NCBI GenBank assembly: GCA_047495785.1
Contig: JBLDXI010000014.1
Coordinates: 62,001-126,000 of the forward strand
Reading direction: 5' to 3'
Length of the DNA: 64,000 nt
Source of the DNA: Lepidodermella squamata
Taxonomy: Eukaryota; Animalia; Gastrotricha
A model generated the notes under the pieces. The model saw only the letters and a list, made by a program, of their open reading frames with translations. It was not told the DNA's origin and ran no database searches. Of this stretch, positions 1 through 12,074 are shown piece after piece. Made by a program: the position numbers and the translations under genes. The first letter of the stretch is position 1. Each line of letters begins with the position of its first letter.

Positions 1-1181
1 TTGCGATGCAACTCTTTGCCATTTTCGATTTTTATTTCTTACCCGGAGTGTGCGATCGAAAGATTGGTAATTGCAATTACCAATCATGTTCTTTGCTATC
101 ATGATAGCTACTGCGGTTACAACTATTTGGCAACCAGTAAAGCTACGATGGTTTTGGGGAACTAGTAGTCAAAACTAGTAGTTTCACAGCCATCACTGCC
201 CTATTATGATTCCCTGAAAAAACGATCAACAGCCGAAACTACCATCCGAAACAACATCAACTTTTAGACATTACCAGCAGCAACCTGCAACACCTACAAC
301 CTAGCCAATAAACAGTCTAATACACTAATATGTCAATAAAAATCATTGGGCTGGGCGCGCATCCTTCTGTATAAAACTGGTAAGAACACCCACCTAATAA
401 ACCAAATAGTTGTGGGAAGATCCGTCCAGATAGTTGAACCAGGAAAAAATTTAATCAATGAAAACGCAGTGGAAATTTCCGTTGTGTTGGTGTAGAGGTT
501 GTCTTGGCCTGAAAAGTCACCTCGCCGCCGATTTTACACAGGAGAAAGACATTCTTCGAAATGGTTTTGGCAGGAACATTCATTGGCACCTATGATTCGA
601 TAAACCGTTTTCTTGCGAAGTTTTACCCACGTGGTAGGTTTACGTAGGAACTTCCGAAACGTGCGCTTTTTAAAGCACTTACACTCTGGCGAAGTAAATG
701 GCAAACTGAGGTTGAAAGAAAGGTGGAAGATAGTATCATGGAACTTCCCATTTAACTTTGATCTTTGATATCGCTCCAGTCCGGCAGCATGTCCGGCAGC
801 CTACGTCTTGACGTTCCCGAGTAAATGTGATCTTTGTCGCACTAGTTACAGAGTTAAAGAGTTACAGAGTTAAAGCATCCCATGAATTTTCCGTTATTAC
901 TCAGTTTTAGTGAAATCAGACTGCAGGCATTGGCGGGAACTGATTTGATCAGTATCTCCAAATAGTCTCCTGTTGCTTGAAAACTAAAAGAACTAGAAGA
1001 GCGGTGTTTTGTATTGGAACTCAACTCAAGAAACCTATAACCTCAAGCGGACCAGGGAAGGTCAACCAGCGTCAAAACGAAATTCTAATCGTCGTACCTT
1101 ATGCCCGTCTCTCCGAACCCAGTTTGCGGGTCGGCAAGAGCCGTTCCAGCAAGAGAGAGAGTTAGTAAACCCGTCGACCAG

Positions 1182-1983
1182 GCCGTTTCAGATTCCATAC
1201 GCCATGAAATGCTTCCCAAGCAATTGCTTCCAAAGCAACTGCTTAGGAGAAAAGTACTTCCCAAGCAGGCAAACCGAAATGGCTAAGCTTCTGAAGCAGT
1301 TGCTTCCCAAGCAGAGTTGCGCATTTTTCACTTATTCACTTATTCACCACCGCTGAACCACAAAAGCAATCATAGTAAATCGCCAGTGAAGACAATAATT
1401 ATATTGTTAGATTCCGAACTAATGCATCTCGATCAGTCTCACCCTTAGCCCTCCACCCTAGCCGCCATTTATCGTAAGCTACGCGCCAAAACAACCACTT
1501 TGATGACTCATTTGATTGTAATTCAAGGAGCCTGACGTAATGATGCAGTATGTTCGGCTTTGTTATCACTGATCGCAGTGATCGTAATCAGCATTTACAT
1601 TCAAGGGTCGACCGTAATTCCCATACAAATCCATAAATAGTAAAGTGAGGGTTTTGGCGCGTCGCTAAGGATATCCAGATATGAAAATAAAACATCTTTT
1701 TCATTAAGTTTTCATTTTTACTGTTGAAATCATTGATAGATCGACGATTGATCATGCAACGGATCATTGCTCCGTGTTGCGCGCAAACCGCGGTAACAGG
1801 GCTAAATAGCGAATTTCGTTAAAATCTAGCTTGCTCGAATAGTATTGCTTCCCAATCAATTGCTTGGGAATCACTTGCTTGGAAGCAGCTGCTTGGGAAG
1901 CACTGAAGCAGTGCTCTCTAACCGTGATGCTTTGGAAGCAATTGCTTGGGAAGCATTTCATGGCGTATGGAATCTGAAACGGC
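1182..1983. mobile_element. Non-autonomous foldback/MITE-type DNA transposon (802 bp) with 56-bp perfect TIRs and 8-bp TSD
   Basis: 1182-1237 is the exact reverse complement of 1928-1983 (GCCGTTTCAGATTCC...CCAAAGCA). TCGACCAG flanks both ends (1174-1181, 1984-1991). Subterminal arrays of TGCTTCCCAAGCA-type units. No credible transposase ORF. Confidence 0.92.
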
Positions 1984-3270
1984 TCGACCAGAGAACAGAG
2001 CGTCAAAGCGGCCTTCGCGTTGCGCGTTTGTTGTGCGTCGGGATTTTGAATCACCCGCTCTCATTTTATGTTGTAATTAATATTATTTTTATCTAAATAT
2101 TTTTAAATAAATTATTTTCTATTAAAATGTCAATAATGTGAAAATCATTCTTAAAATTCCGCACACTTTTTTGAATCGAGTTTTAGGTGTAATCGAAATC
2201 TCAGTCGAGCCCCATCTTTTCCCTTCATGAACTTGAACCCCTTTCACGTGCGCCCTAGTGCTGGTAGCTGGTGGCATGAAGAACATGTCGAGTTAGGCAA
2301 AGGACGCTTTGAAAACGGAACCAAAGTGCAGCGTAAAATACGTTTTTTGCATGTTGTATGTTGTGCTATCAATTGCCCCAAATGGTGAAAGGATTTTTGC
2401 AACCGGTGCTCATTTCGGCTGAAAATTGAGTTCACGAGATACGAGATACAAGATGTAGTAAGTAGTAAGCAGACATCTAAACGATTTCACCTCTAGCCCT
2501 TGACCATTTTTGAAATAGCACTGTAATAAGCCTTTGCTAAACTGCTGCTGGTTTATCCCAGTCACCAGTCAATGTCAAATGCTGTTGATGAGTTTTTTGT
2601 AGCTCGCTGTTCCCATACTTTAGCTTTCGTTTCAACAAAAGCTTGGGGAAAACTTGTTTCTGGGATAAGAGGCGAAGGAGGAGGTGGTTTGGTTAGTACT
2701 CATGACACATCCAGTGACGGCGCTATGTTCAGGGATTTTCTGCAACATCAGTAATTACTTATTAGATATCCGAAGTCAAAAGCCATATAACCGAAGTCAA
2801 GGCAGCACGAATTGCCTCCTAGCTGCATAACCCTTGCGCCTTCCCTGAACACCCCTGCTGCAGGTATGGATTTATCAGTGCTTGATCGATCATCTACCGA
2901 TTCGTTTTGGTAGCCTGACCTTTCTCCGAAACAACACTTAATTAGTAAAGGAAGAATGTCATCGAGAAAAGATTAACTATCGGCACGTCATTGCTGTATT
3001 CATTTGTTGCACATGAAGAATGCCGTCTTACACTAGATTGAGCATTACAAGCAAAATATATGGGTTATCCTTCTAGTTTTGCCTATTGCAAACCGACGTC
3101 GGGCCCAGGTTCTGCAGGTTATTGCAGCGCTGCTCTGCTTTAAACCCGGAAAACTATCCCCAAGTTGATAGTAGATATTATTTGCCCTGCTAGATTTGGC
3201 GATGCGTTGTTTCAAAATTTTTTCGTTCTATTTATTATAGATGTGTGGACTATTTTTATAAAAAAATTTA

Positions 3271-5198
3271 ATGGCATCTTCCTCCTTGCCTGGACGGCAC
3301 GAGAAAAGCCTTGGCTTACTTACCAAAAAGTTCGTGAATTTACTTCAATCGTCTAAAGATGGCGTGTTGGATTTGAAACTGGTGAGTTGTTCTTTGCACG
3401 TGAGATTTGATATATCAATGGCAAACTCATCTTAGGCGGTTGACAGCTTAGAAGTTCGACAGAAGCGCCGAATATACGATATAACCAATGTTTTGGAAGG
3501 AATCGGTCTTATTCAGAAGAAGACCAAGAATAGTGTGGAATGGAAGTTGGTTGTTTTCCAATCACTGTTGGTCATATTAGTTCTCTGGTCAATTTTAATA
3601 GGGGCGGCAATCCAGTTATCGGCGGCCAATTTCTCAGCGACAAAATCAAACGGTTGCAAGATGAACTCAACCATCTAGAGCGCCAAGAGAGACTCATTGA
3701 AATGTATGCGCTGATTGCTCAGCAGAACATTCGCAATGTTATGGAGGATCCAGACAATTTCAACTATCTGTACGTGACTTACGAAGATCTTTGCAAAGTT
3801 TTCAAACCAGACGAAGTTTTGCTCACCGTTCGAGCCCCATTTGGAACTGTGCTTGACGTCCCTTTACCTGAAAAGGTAGTGCCGCTTTTTATCATTCTGT
3901 ATTTGTGATCTATTTATAATTTGCACAGCTTGCACAATGGCCTTCGTCATACTCACGACGATTCATTTATCAACTGCATCTTCGCAGTTCATCCGGTCCA
4001 GTATTTGTCAGCTTAGTCAACCGAGAATTGTCGTCTCATCATCTCACGTTGCTTCCTCAAGGCCAATCAGCTGTCGGCAATCAGAGCCCTGGCGGCACAA
4101 ATGCAATGCAGCCATCTAGTGCCATGCCATCTTCGCCAGCACCTATCGCTCCGCCATTTCAGCTGATTCAGAGCAACAATCGGTTGTCATTAAGGTATTT
4201 TTGTCTGCTAAACGATTTCAAATTAACCTTTGAATATATTTTAGCAATCAGCAAAGTCAGCAACAACTAGGAATTGCTGGTCGTCAACAATATTTAGCCG
4301 GACAGAGAGGCCAATCAGTTAGAGAGCTGAGAGAAAAAGCAGATGTGGCCGCAACTTTAGCTGGCGGAGCAAGTGTAGCGAGCTTTGCTGGCGGAAAGCA
4401 AATCACGATTCCACAACGAGTATCGCCTGTAGAATCGGATAATGCAGCAGGAACATCGCGTAAACCCGCAACTCGACGAGGTGCAGTCGGCGTGAGAGGT
4501 GGCAACCGGCGGGCTGGTAACACAATTGATCTCGATCCCCCAGCAAGCACCTCATGGTCCGGCACTGCCAAGCGGAACGCTTCAGGTAAATCTTTCGAGT
4601 TTTCTTGCCAAGTTGACAGTTACGAGCGCCTGCGAGGATTAAGAAGTGTCATATGGAAGGCGTATATTATATTATTTCATTTGCAGCTATGGAAATGAAA
4701 TCCGAGCTGCTTTCGCCGCAGCACGGTCTCCCATTAGGCGATGAGTTGGAAGCTGACGACACTTTTTCGCCGCCAGCCTACAAAAAAGCTTCCATGAGCG
4801 AGATGGCTGGCCAGTTCAGTGCCACCGATAACCCGTCCGACTTCGAATTCGACCCAGCGTCGGACCCGGCCGTGTTATCGGCTCCATCGACGGCGTGGCC
4901 TACGCTGTCTAAGCTGCCCAGTGGCGTGCTGTCATCGGGTATTTCTCCGCAGCCGCTGCTGTTACGTCACTCCCTCGACTCACCCCTATCCACCATCTCG
5001 CCCATCACGCCGACAACTGAGCTTCTCAAGGATGTGGCCATGCCGCCCGGACACCAGGCCGTTTTCACCGGCCCAGCCGATTTGTCTCCGTTCCTGCGAC
5101 TCAGCCCACCTCCAACCGATCGCGACTACGTCTTCAATCTTGATGATCTCGAAGGAATTCAAGAACTGTTTGACATTCCTCTGGGTCACCAAACGTAG
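3271..5198 (+). CDS. E2F4/5: E2F4/5-like transcription factor (multi-exon)
   Basis: Spliced translation gives [14 protein letters not shown]...DGVLDLKL|[36 protein letters not shown] (E2F DNA-binding domain). It also has a coiled-coil/marked-box exon (YLYVTYEDL...[12 protein letters not shown]) and the C-terminal pocket-protein motif [17 protein letters not shown]. First intron GT-AG at 3382-3435. Confidence 0.95.
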
Positions 5199-6266
5199 CC
5201 GGTTGGCTAGTCTCATCGAACTAGCTCGTTTTACTAAATGGAGCTATGTGCGTTTCTGTATCTTCATCACAACCATGAATTATGGGTTCTCTTATTATAA
5301 ACTTCGGAGTGACATGCACATGTATACATACATTCGAACGATATAATTGTACATGGATACATATGATACCTATGATATGAAATCTGATTAATTTTTTAGA
5401 CCCTGTCTTGTTTATTCTCTTCCGTATTCGCCCTCGTGTACATGATAGACGATTTCATCAGTTGATTGTTACGTTTGCCGAAAAGTTATGCTTATGTGTT
5501 GCTTGTTCTTGACCTACCAACGCTTAGCCGCAGCTTTTTTGAGTGGCCAAGTGCATTTATTTACGGCAACTAAGCGTGAAGAAAGATCGAACGAATATGG
5601 AATGGAATTTTAGTCTGCATTTGTCGTTCGTTCCTTGTAGACACACGTAAGGTGCACATGTTTTATGTCTGCGAAGCCTCCGATTCGGCTGGTCGGCCTT
5701 TATATGCTCATTCTGAGAGATTCTCCAAACGGCCGACCGTCACTCGATCGAGAACAAAGTAGGCTTAGTAGCGCATTTCTTAGTTTCTTGTATGCTATGC
5801 ATGCAGGCGTGTTCTTCTGAATTTCTATCACATTTGCGGAAAATAAACATTGAAGAAACGTTTTATAATCAAGTGTTTTTTAATTGAAGCGTTAATTAGC
5901 GGTGCATTCTTCAGCATGAACCAACCATGCTGAATAAACCCCTGAAAGCACTTGGTCGAAGTAAAGGAAAAGTATGACTATACGAAGTCTAATTAAGATG
6001 CGAGGCAATATTTTAAAGTTCTAAAGCTCGAAGTGGGGCCAACATGCCTCCTCAAGACCAAATAACACCATCGCAAACAATTCACCTGGAAAATTAGAGA
6101 TTTTGATGCGCGCGCACTTGATCGCGACTATCTTGCAAACAGTAGCAGATATCTATTGAGAAACGGATTTCAGATTAAAAATGAGCATGAAAACTGCGTT
6201 AGGAAATGGAGACAGCTTCAATTTGAAAATATCATAACCCACGGTTATTACTTGTGGCGGCCCAAA

Positions 6267-6303
6267 TACCGTAATTTGGGGTGACTTCGGTTAGTGGGGT
6301 GAC
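6267..6303. mobile_element. Possible single end of a pogo/Tigger-like DNA transposon relic
   Basis: TA followed by CCGTAATTTGGGGTGAC with the TGGGGTGAC motif repeated, resembling pogo-family TIRs. No partner TIR found. Confidence 0.3.
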
Positions 6304-7250
6304 AATATAGGTTTTTGCGATCGACTTTCAATTGACTTGAAGCGTGATTTATTGCATGTTTATGGGTGCTGACACTGCCTTTGAGGCATGTGAGAAAGGT
6401 CTACAAACCGCTCATTTGATATCGATAGAGAGTAAGCAGGTCTGTGAATTGTTGCAACCTGCTTATTCCACGGATGAGCTTGCCGTTCAATCGGGCGGTT
6501 TTAATATGGTTTCAATCTGACTGGTCTAGGGTCTAGATATTAGATATTACCCATAGAGATTTCGAGGCACAGCGTAGCATATTGGCGGCGGTTCAAAGCG
6601 CCGGCGTTTCCGTCACCCGAAAACAATCGCCAAAAATGGGTGTTACCCAGCGTGTTTTCAAGGATCGATTCGGTGTTTAAAATTGCGGTTTTGGAGTGTA
6701 GTTGGGGGAAGGGGGGGGGGGTGAAGACCGTTTTTCTTGCGATTTCGGCCAAATTTTGCCCTTTTTGATGTTTAAAATTTCTCGTTTGGTGTATAAAATT
6801 TAAACTGTTAAACTGCTTGAAAAAACACTGGTGTTACCCATAAGATAAGTAAGCGCAAAAGAGTTTTGTTTGATTAATTGAGTTTTTATTGCTGTAGGCC
6901 ACTTTCATTATAACAGTTGTCCACGAGATTTTAACCGATGGAGCCTCTTCTCGAACGAAACGTCCCAGAGACTATGTCTCTAATATTAGGAATCAATAAC
7001 AAAATTCAACATAGTTAGATAGAGTCTTGGAGACAATGTCTCTATCAAGAATCAACAGCAAGATGACATAGATTGAATGGCTAAATGGAAGTAGGCGTTC
7101 GAAAATCATCAAAGTTTCATGTTCTTGTGCATTTATTGTTTGGAGCCGTGTATGACGGATGATGGTACGTCATTTTAGAGACGCAGTTCTGAAAAACAGC
7201 CAAATAGATCTTATCAAATCAAGCAGTTAATTTTTTTACCATCGCCAAGT

Positions 7251-7736
7251 TCAAGACTTTCTGCGCGAATTCGAGCTCATTTGGGAGAATCGATGCGCAA
7301 CGTCTTCCACCTCTATACAATTTGAAACGAAAAATTTATAAAATTTCTTAATAAAATCGCAAACAAACCTTGATCTGATGACATTTCTGGATTGGATTTG
7401 AGCCGTTCAGCATTTTCTTTCGCCAATTTTCTTCTACATTTAGGATGCTAAAAAATATGCTATAACATTACTAATAAGAGGAATATTATTAACTTACCGT
7501 CCTCCAATTTTTTGAGAAATTTCTTGACTGCGGTTTCGAGTAAAGAGACGCCGCGTCAATGAATTCCAAGCAAACCACGCAAACGGGGTGATCCTCAAAT
7601 CCTGTTAATAAAAAGAGCTTTTGAAATGGATACTTTGCTTTCGTCATTACTAACCGAACTTCTTCTTGAAGAGAAAGTCAGCCTTACGCTTTTCAACCAA
7701 GTCATGCTCCACGTTTGATTCAGCTTTTTTCGGCAT
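7251..7736 (-). CDS. Putative small orphan spliced gene (~108 aa) with CxxC...HxxC motif
   Basis: Four exons joined by three ~50-60-nt GT-AG introns keep frame: MPKKAESNVEHDLVEKRKADFLFKKKFG|FEDHPVCVVCLEF...WRT|HPKCRRK...SSDQ|EVEDVAHRF...RRKS*. Absent from the ORF track because the exons are short. The 3' end is uncertain. Confidence 0.6.
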
Positions 7737-8314
7737 GATAAAAAAGTTCTATAAAACAACAGAGAGAAAGCGTTACTAAGATGACTGGAATTCGGAACGC
7801 AAATTCGGGAATGGTGACCAAAGAAACTGAATGATCGAAGGTCATCATTATTAAAAGGGTGTCAATAAGAAAGTAACGGAGCCAGAATCAGCACAGAAGC
7901 ACTCATAGATTATCTGATCATCGTCATCAGCAGCAAGTGTCTGATATGATTCGGCGAGACGCGCCAAAGCTATGACATAACCGGCTACAGAGGCGCGCCG
8001 GAAATAACGGCTTTCAAGTATGGTTAAATTACCGTAACAGGGATGGTTAATGTACGCCGGCAGGTTCACTGCGTTTCACTGCCCGGGCGCGGATTTATTA
8101 AGGCAACTTGCCGCTAATGACTTGCTAATGACACCGCAGATAGAAACGAAAGTCTCGACGCCTGGCAATAACCGCAATAACCAGGCAATAGCGCGCGCCC
8201 ATTCATGGCCGAAAGTGGACGCGCCAAAAGTTGCGAGAAGAAGGAACGAAAGTGTACGAACGTAAATTATTGTAAAATAAAACGTAAATTATTGTAAAAA
8301 CGGAACTTCCCGCC

Positions 8315-9225
8315 GGTAGATGGTGACATGCGCCCAGAATTTTGCGCCCAGCGTGTTTGCGCCCACAAAAATGCGCCCTGACTTTTGCGCCCTGACTACT
8401 GCGCCCATAAATTTACGCCTTGACATTTGCGCCCCGACTTTTGCGCCCATACAGTATGCGCCCTGACATTTGCGCCCCGACCTTTGCGCCCAGTGTTCTT
8501 TCCGCTTTGCCAATGGCAACTGTTTCATGATGCTCATATCTTCGAGATGTCAGTTAATTTCATGTTACCGAGGAGGAGTACAATTTTGAAAGGTAAAAGT
8601 TTGATAACTTTTTCCACTAGATACTAGATGGCCTACCTGCGGTTGACTTCCTAAAATTCTGGAAAAATATCTAAAAAATATCTTGGCTCCTGTAGAATAA
8701 GGGTATTGATTTTGTTTTCCCGGATTCGATTCCATTATTGACTGCAGATTTTTTGGAATCGAACCCTCGATAACCCTAAAAACACCCCTCTGGATCTCTT
8801 CACCTGGGTGGTTTGTTATATTAAATATCTGAAAAGTCTAATACAAAAGTCATAAAATGACTGAGTTTTCTATTAATGAGCACGCTTGAAGGTGCATTGA
8901 CTTTTCGCCAACACAGAACTATAGAAATAAGAAAATAATTTTCAGGTATATCTTCTTTAATCACAGATCAGGTATTTGGGGAACAGCCAGCTCATATTAG
9001 GATCTATATGATTAGGCGAAGAAAGTTTTCTTCCAACACACAAATCGGGGCGCAAGTGTCAGGGCGCTATTGTCAGGGCGTAAAAATACGGGGCGCAAAA
9101 GTCGGGGCGCAAATGTCAAGGCGCTTGAATCTGGGCGCAAATGTCGGGGCGCAAAAGTCAGGGCGCATTTTTGTGGGCGCAAACACGCTGGGCGCAAAAA
9201 ACTGGGCGCATGTAACTACAATTCC
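8315..9225. mobile_element. Foldback-type non-autonomous element (911 bp) whose inverted arms are tandem 14-15-nt TGCGCCC-core repeats
   Basis: About 12 TGCGCCC-core units at ~8329-8490 are mirrored as GGGCGCA units at ~9045-9211. Ends are GG...CC. Flanks TTCCCGCC (8307-8314) and TTTCCGCC (9226-9233) form a 7/8 TSD. AT-rich spacer. Confidence 0.85.
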
Positions 9226-9867
9226 TTTCCGCCTTTTTCTGATTTCGGTTACTACACACAAGCCGCTAATGATCACTGCGCACAGGTCAGCAATAATATG
9301 ACGTAGCGGGAAATAATGAAAAAGAGACCAGCAACAAAACAGTCGCATTTCTTCATTTGATTATTTCCAAACAAGATAATTGTGTTTGATAATTCAAAGT
9401 TATGTCTCTTACAAGTAGTGCTCGGCAAAACAGCAACCACCAACGATTATTTTTAAATAATTTCTTTCATTTACATCAAAAATATCATTGTTGCAATGAC
9501 TTGTGTATGCGTGTGCGTTTCGCGATCAAGTCACCGGCCTCAACCTCTGGTGTTTATGGTAACTGAGCACTTGAGAAACAGCACGAGCCCCCGAGCCCAT
9601 TTTAATCATTTTTTGCGATCACGTGCTTGAAAAATCACGAAACAGTTTTGCTTAATAACGCAAATTTCTCGAGTTGCGTGCAAAAAACTGCTGCACAGCA
9701 CTTTATGTCCACATTTCGGCCGGTTGCCGAAATCACAATAATTTAGGAAGTAGCCGAAATTAGGGAATTCTACTCTAAGCAGGTAAATCTTATCATTTAA
9801 TTTCGAAATAAAAAAGTCGAATTCATACTCAATATGTCATTTTATTATAAGAAGCAGCAAAAAATGA

Positions 9868-11713
9868 TCAAGAATTGCCGCCAGAGGGAGGCGGCGCGTT
9901 TCCGCGTCGCGGATCGAAGCGAACCGGTCGATTTGACGCGGCGCCACCTGCCGATGAAGACGACGAGACCGCTGCGGCGAGAGACCGCGAGAATACCATC
10001 GTCCGACCGACTGAATGTCCTGAAGCGGCCGGACGACTCGACGCAGCCGGCGGAGCGTCAGAGTCTTTGAGACGCCGGTCAGTCTCGTCCTCGCGTGGCT
10101 TCCGGTCGGCAGGCTCACGGTCGAAGTCTCGTTGCCTCGACGACCCGCTACCACCCCGGGCTCCTGAACTGCCAGCAGATGACGGTTTGTTGCCGCCCGA
10201 GCTTTGAGATGTCGAATCCTGACGTCGAGACTGGCCACCCCCAGCCCCGCCACCGCCACCGCCCCGATTAGCACCTCCTCGCTGTTGAGGCTTCGGCCTG
10301 CTCGACCTGTCTTCGTCGTCATCGGCAACTTCCACGAAACGCAAATTTTGCCCGGGCGCAACTGGCTCACTTGCTTTCGGCTGATCGTGCTGACGAGGCG
10401 TTTTCGGGGCCGCAGATGCTGCTGATCGGTCTGAACGTTGATTGCCAGCAGGCCGGCGGTTGGTATCATCCCGTTCATCTGTCGTCGCCGGTCGAGCAGA
10501 GCCAGCCGGGCGTGGTTTCCGTTGATTTTCCGACCTGTTTTGCTGCCTATTGTAACCACCTTCATCTCTTATCGGCTGCTCGATAGAAGTCTGTTCCTTG
10601 GCTGATGTCGATCCCGCTGCCGGTTTCGACGCGATTTTTACGCTTCCGACCGCTGGAGCCGCGGCAGCTTGCTCCTTCGCTTTCCTGTTCGCTCCTCCCC
10701 GATCGCGTTTCCTATCTCGCCGTTTCTTCTTCTGCTCAGGCGCGGCTTCCGACTGATGCTGCTTGGCTTGCTTTGCCAGAATGCGCCTCGCTTCCATCTT
10801 CCCGCGGCGACGTTGTTCAAGAAACTCCACCAGTGGCGACTTCTTCTTCGAGAAATCATCTTCCGATCGGAGCCTTGCTTCAATTTCACGCAGCATTTCA
10901 TCAGGGTTCAACTGAGCCACCTGCTCGCTATTGCCGGGTATGATTGTCGAACGCGAATTAGACAACTTGTCGCAGAATAATTTGAAATCATCGTCGTCAA
11001 TGAGGGTTCCCTGAAACACAAACAAAACAAATGCTCGATAAGAAATGTGGCTGAAATTGACGACCAACAAACATCCAATTCAATTTTCAGAGCTCTAAGT
11101 GTCTCTATTCAAGATCTTCATGACATCCGACCTTTTAAGAGAATAAGCAAGGATTTTTCTAACCTTCAAAGTGTTCAGCTTCTTAGGTTTTCTTGCAAGT
11201 GAAGGATCAGGCAGCATGCCGGATTTTTCGACACCATCTGGTTCAGCGGCTAAAAACTGGTATGAACCATCTGCAGCTCGATCCGGAATGCGCTGGTTAG
11301 GGGCGAACTCGACCAAAGCTGGGTACATGTGGCCTTTGGCATCGGCGAATTCGTAGCCGTCCCACCGCGCGCATACACCATACACGTCATCAAGCTTTCG
11401 AAGGCCGACATAGGCCCTACAGCACGCAGCCTCGGCTCCAGCACTAAATACACACACCAAGTTGAACTTATACTGGATAGTATTTCATTTCAGCAAACCT
11501 GTAATCAGCTTTGCAATAATGAAAATAACGATGCTCGGGCAACGGCGAGATGACGGATAGAAACTCATCGGCCGTTAAGGTGGGTGGTAGGTGTCTGAAG
11601 ACAATTTTATTTGTCATCATCGACGCGCCACACCCGCTGCGGGCATTCGCTTGAGCTTCACCATCCCTAGAATCTTTATCGCCATCGACCTTTCTGTCAC
11701 TTCCTCGAACCAT
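9868..11713 (-). CDS. UPF3: Regulator of nonsense transcripts 3 (UPF3/SMG-4), 3 coding exons
   Basis: KIVFRHLPPTLT...PLPEHRYF, RAYV...WDGYEFADAKGHMYPALVEFAPNQRIP and GTLIDDDDFKLF match the UPF3 RRM-like domain and adjacent helix. A long charged low-complexity tail follows. Confidence 0.93.
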
Positions 11714-12074
11714 TACAGGCAGAATTAAAAATAACTAAACAATCAATGATGCACGAGTTAGAAAAGGCTGAATTTTATTCAAAAAGGCTAGGCTTCAAAG
11801 AAGAGACGAGCACGCTGAAATTGCCATTTTATGATACATAAAAATGATTCATCTCATCGCTGAACGACTTAACACCAAATAGAAAAATTTCAATTAATAT
11901 CAATAATCACTGATTTTGCTTATAATAATAGCAATAGTAATGATAATCAAAATAAATATAAATAGCCCTTGTAAAAACCTATAGGTATGCGTTGTAGCAC
12001 CGGCCATGAGGCGCCTGATTGCAATCCCAAAGCGAGAACGTGACAACAAATAGTTATTTATAGCTTAATATTGC

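Noticed and set aside
977-2096. ORFs sharing PFQIPYAMKCFPSNCFQS
   Set aside because: They are the two TIRs of the 1182-1983 element read in opposite directions.
8289-9348. ORFs with repeated GAKV/APTF motifs, superficially CRISPR-like or repeat-protein-like
   Set aside because: Translation artefacts of the foldback arms. The units have no unique spacers, there are no cas genes, and the context is eukaryotic.
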